NCBI GenBank assembly: GCA_965644295.1
Contig: CBFFRP010000036.1
Location: 78,050 to 142,049, forward strand
Length of the DNA: 64,000 bases
From: Paraphysomonas bandaiensis
Lineage: Eukaryota > Protista > Chrysophyceae
Direction of reading: 5' to 3'
Of this stretch, positions 60,056 to 64,000 are shown one piece after another (the stretch's first letter is position 1; every line of letters begins with the position of its first letter). A model generated the notes under the pieces. It saw only the letters and a list, made by a program, of their open reading frames with translations, was not told the DNA's origin and made no database searches. The position numbers and the translations under genes are program-made.

Positions 60056-61148
60056 CTATTTGCTACTTGATGTGTCGCTGCTTAAGAATAACGAATCGAT
60101 ATCGTCGTTAAATTGTCGAAGTTGAGCTTCCAATTCTCCCATATTCTTTTCCAGATTCAACCCATCGTTCAGGACCTACTCAAATTCCGACAATACACAT
60201 AATAATACAAGGCCATCGGCTTAAAAAGAACAATAAAATACCTCTTGGTCATCTCCTTGAGCGTTTGACTCCTCACGCGCCTGTGACATTATTTCATTTG
60301 TTCGCTCTCATCAACAAAAGAATACGTAGAGGGTTCAATTATGTCAATATAAAATGTACGATCTACTACGTAGCCAAATCAATTTCATAGCCTATATTGC
60401 ACAGAGATATCACGCACAGGTACCCATTCCATTATTCTATTGTGACAGTCCGACGCATACAGTACCTGTAATTCAATTTTTTTGAACTTCGTTGTGTACT
60501 CACTCTCGTTTCGTCGCTTCTCCTGTTTTTCATCGTCTTCTTCATCCTGGTTGCTGCGAGGGGAACGCAAAAGGGTCTCAAGTGACTGCAGCTACATGAT
60601 GTGTCACATATTTACAATTGAGGTTACGTCTACCCTGCTGCAGAAGTACCTTTGCTGTATTAGCAGTGTGTATTCTCGCTGCAACATTCGCTTCATCTTC
60701 AGTGTAAGGGTACTCAAAAGTTGGAATATCCTCAGGAAGCTCATCGCACTCATATTGGCTTCTATTCTCTTTCCACCTCTTCAAGTCTTCAAGTGCAGAG
60801 TCCATGTCACTGAGAAACATGCGATGCTCTAAGTCATCTCCTCCCTGCAGCAGAAACTATAACATATATACTACATCGTAAACATCACCATACCATGTTA
60901 ATTTTATCTTGTAATATATCTTCAATTAAGCTTGAATCATCAAGATAACCTTTACTTTCAGTACATGAGCTGTCTAGAGCCTGTGCTCCCACTAATCTTA
61001 AACGTGGTGTAGAAACAAACATTCCATCTGCTTCAAACTCATCATTTTTATCATCTCCATTCCAATCATCACTCCTTTCCGCTTCATCTTCAAATTCTTT
61101 TTCAATATCACTATTATTTTGATGTATATCTTCATTGTTTTGACTCAT
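60056..61148 (-). CDS. Hypothetical acidic protein (~242 aa); predicted exons 61148-60894, 60844-60650, 60585-60466, 60280-60242, 60175-60056
   Basis: Consecutive minus-strand ORFs can be joined by phase-0 GT..AG introns into one open frame ending ...DDIDSLFLSSDTSSSK*. The middle exons are uncertain and no domain is recognised. Confidence 0.55.
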
Positions 61149-61945
61149 TCTAACACTACTTTACTATTAAGTTACTAGAGATGAGAACTATGAAATAACT
61201 GGATGGTAAGTTAATTATAATGATGAAACGATGATATGTAATGTGTCCCGCATGATAAGGGAATGGAATTAATCACTCTTAGTTTAGATGGAGTGATATC
61301 TAGTTATATATATGTCGTTAATACTTAAGAGGAAACTGTGAGTTGATATCTTGTACACACACATATAGAGCAGTCAGTACATCAACTGTACATACAGTAT
61401 TTTCCCGTTATTTTGTATATTTTGTTTACTTTAAAGCCTATAAAACTTATATTTTCTTACTTTTCCATAATTTTCTACTCCAAAAGCCATAATTCTTATC
61501 ATTTCTAGATTCAAAATCGAAATATTAGATGCAAAAATCAAAGTACGTACGATATATCCTCAATTCACATTTCTTACGAATTTCCCAGAGTTTGTATGAA
61601 CTGAAAATATCCATTCAAGATACTATCAAAAGTGTTGTATGCCTCGAATTCACTGACACTCATATGGTCTTGAAGGAATAAAAAGAAGTTCAAGATGAAC
61701 CCATACTTCCGTCATCGCCAATATACACTTTCATCATATGATACTACGGAAATTTTGCAAGTAGGTAAATATACATAGAAATCAACTGAAATTTTCAAGT
61801 TTAGGTTGTCATAATTACCATAATTAACTGATAGATCGGATATCTTCTATAAATTTATTACCTATCAAGTAGTACATTCATAGTGGGATATATGCCACTT
61901 TTATGAGATAGATGATGATGATTTAATTGATTTTATTGGGATACA

Positions 61946-64000
61946 ATGACTGATGAAGGGAAGACAAGTATCTATGAAGGGGCAGATGTATGGAGTCTCT
62001 CAGATGACACAGAAGCTGTATGGAAGAAAGCAATAGTTAGAGATATTGGTGATATAGGAGATCTTGGAGGGAAAATAGAAGTTCATGTGGATTATTTGAA
62101 TGGTGAAAGGGATATAATTAAGACCAGATATGAGGAGGATGAGGTCGATGAATTTCAGCATATTAAACCAAGAAGCTGTTGTCAATTTGATCAGATACCA
62201 GGATTAGATTTATCAGCATTACCAGTTATTAATGAACCGGAGATTGTGGAGTGTATGCAGCAATGTTTTAATGATAATATTCGTTATTTGTCTGTTGGTC
62301 CGGTGTTGATATCAATTAATCGACATGAGGTTATTCCTACTGTTGTCAACGAAAAGATGTACAAATCTTACTTTTTGATTGACAAAGCACAACAAGACAT
62401 GGTGAATCCTGTGCGTGCTGATGTGATAAACCTGGCCTATAGAAAGTACCTTAAGTTACATCCCGCCAACACTCCACTTCAGAGTGGGGGTAATCAGGCG
62501 GTCATAATGCTAGGGGAATCTGGAGCTGAAAGTCCCGCTGTGCGCGGGAGCTCTGTAACCACATTGCCTTCATTGCGAATAAGCTTCGACGGCGCTCATC
62601 AACCGATACCTCATTTACTCCTGATATAAAGTTCTTCGATCAAGTCAATACCATTTTGGAGTCATTTGGTCACGCACAGACGGTGAAAAACTCAAGCTCG
62701 TCAAGATTCTCCAAAGCGGTGAAGTTAACTTTCGATGAGAACACAGGGGCAATTAAAGGAGTCTTATTCCGCTGTTTTCACTTGGAAATAGGTCGTGCGA
62801 CCACTCAGTATCCTGGGGAATCAAATTACAACGTCTTTTTCGATGTATTCGACGACATATACTTCGCGGCCCAGGCGATGAGTAAGTACGGTATCGACAA
62901 CCTTACGACTTTTAGATACGCTATGCACCGCCCTAAGACGGTGTTCCGTCCGGGTAAGTCGAGTTACAAGGATTTAGCTGCTGCATTGGATACGATCGCG
63001 AAAGTTCCCAAGGTGAAGCAGAATGCGTCAATTTTTGCTGTTTTAGCAGGAATTTTGCATCTTGGACAAATTGAGCTTGAGGAAGTAGATAACTATGGTG
63101 ACGTGTCTACAGTTCTTTCTTCTGATCCGGCTAGTGTAGATCATATGAATAGAGTTTTTAAGTTACTGGGCATTTCACTGGAGGCACTTCTTGCTGTGAT
63201 AGCGAAAAGGAATCTCAACTTCGCAGGAAACATCGTGGAGAAGAACTTAGACCTTGCAGAGTCCTTAGCAGCACGTGATAGCTTTGCGAGCCAGATGTAC
63301 TCCGCACTGTTCCGATGGGTGATAAGCAAAATGAATTCGGGGATTGCGGAGTTGTTCAACTCTACAGATGAAGCCAGTGGTGGAGGTAGTCCTAGGAAGT
63401 CGGAAACCTCGTTCTCTGACAATGGAGATGCATTTGACAGTCCAGAATCATCTTTAGATAAGAACCAGTTCAGTATCTATGACTTTACTGGGTTCGAATG
63501 CTTCGACAAGAATTCTCTTGAGCAGTTATGTGTCAACTACGCCAATGAGCGCCTGTATCAGTTCCTTAACCAAATGGTTTTTGTGCTTGACAAGGAGCTC
63601 TTCTACTCAGAGAATGTTAATGTAGGAGCCCTCACGTTCATAGACAATGCTTTAACTATACGCCTTATCGACAACAAATCAAATGGCATCTTTACAATTT
63701 GCGATGACCAATTGAAACTGAAATCTTCCACCTCTGATGAAAAGTTGGCGAGTATATTATACGCGCAGCACTCAAATAACAAAATGTTCATCGCTGGTCG
63801 AAATGAGCATAAGAACTGTCAATTTTTGATTCGGCACTACGTGTCGTTCGTTCGTTATGATGTAAATGGGTTTACAAATAGTAACAAAGTTGAGCCGGCT
63901 CAGGAAATACTGGAGTGTCTTCGATCGTCCACTATATCCTTTGTCCAGGAGGAGTTAGCCACATTTTGTGACATTCGGTCCTTGTTTAACCAGGCCCACT
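61946..64000 (+). CDS. Divergent myosin heavy chain, motor domain (5' part), with a 1-nt frameshift in the P-loop near 62528
   Basis: DLSALPVINEP, GPVLISIN, NQAVIMLGESGA. After a one-base shift: [G]KS, ILESFGHAQTVKNSSSSRFSK, ILHLG, RDSFASQMYSALFRW, DFTGFECFDKNSLEQLCVNYANERL, FLIRHY. Open to the window end. Confidence 0.85.

Overview
AT-rich eukaryotic genomic DNA with short GT-AG introns and (TATG)n microsatellites. The PT-repeat surface proteins and oomycete-type hAT suggest a stramenopile or similar protist (inference). Host genes: a PX-domain gene running off the left edge, an MLF-family gene, and two small spliced hypothetical genes. There are also two giant cell-surface genes: a ~5200-aa single-pass receptor/adhesin (5 triple H-lectin-like modules, 3 DxFGDGW modules, mucin stalk, LRRs) and a ~4600-aa EGF/mucin/REJ polycystin-1-like protein. 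A Crinkler-like PD-(D/E)xK nuclease-kinase and a divergent myosin with a 1-nt P-loop frameshift (runs off the right edge) complete the set. Mobile DNA includes two young full-length Ty1/copia elements with apparently identical LTRs and 5-bp TSDs. In both, an in-frame ATG is formed by the LTR/PBS junction; one also has non-canonical TA...TA termini and an in-frame RNase H deletion. A decayed hAT carries a nested MITE (8-bp TSD), followed by a patchwork of LTR, LRR and integrase fragments. There are several copia relics and a ~3-kb foldback structure with 1122-bp inverted arms. All domain calls are by eye, without database searches.
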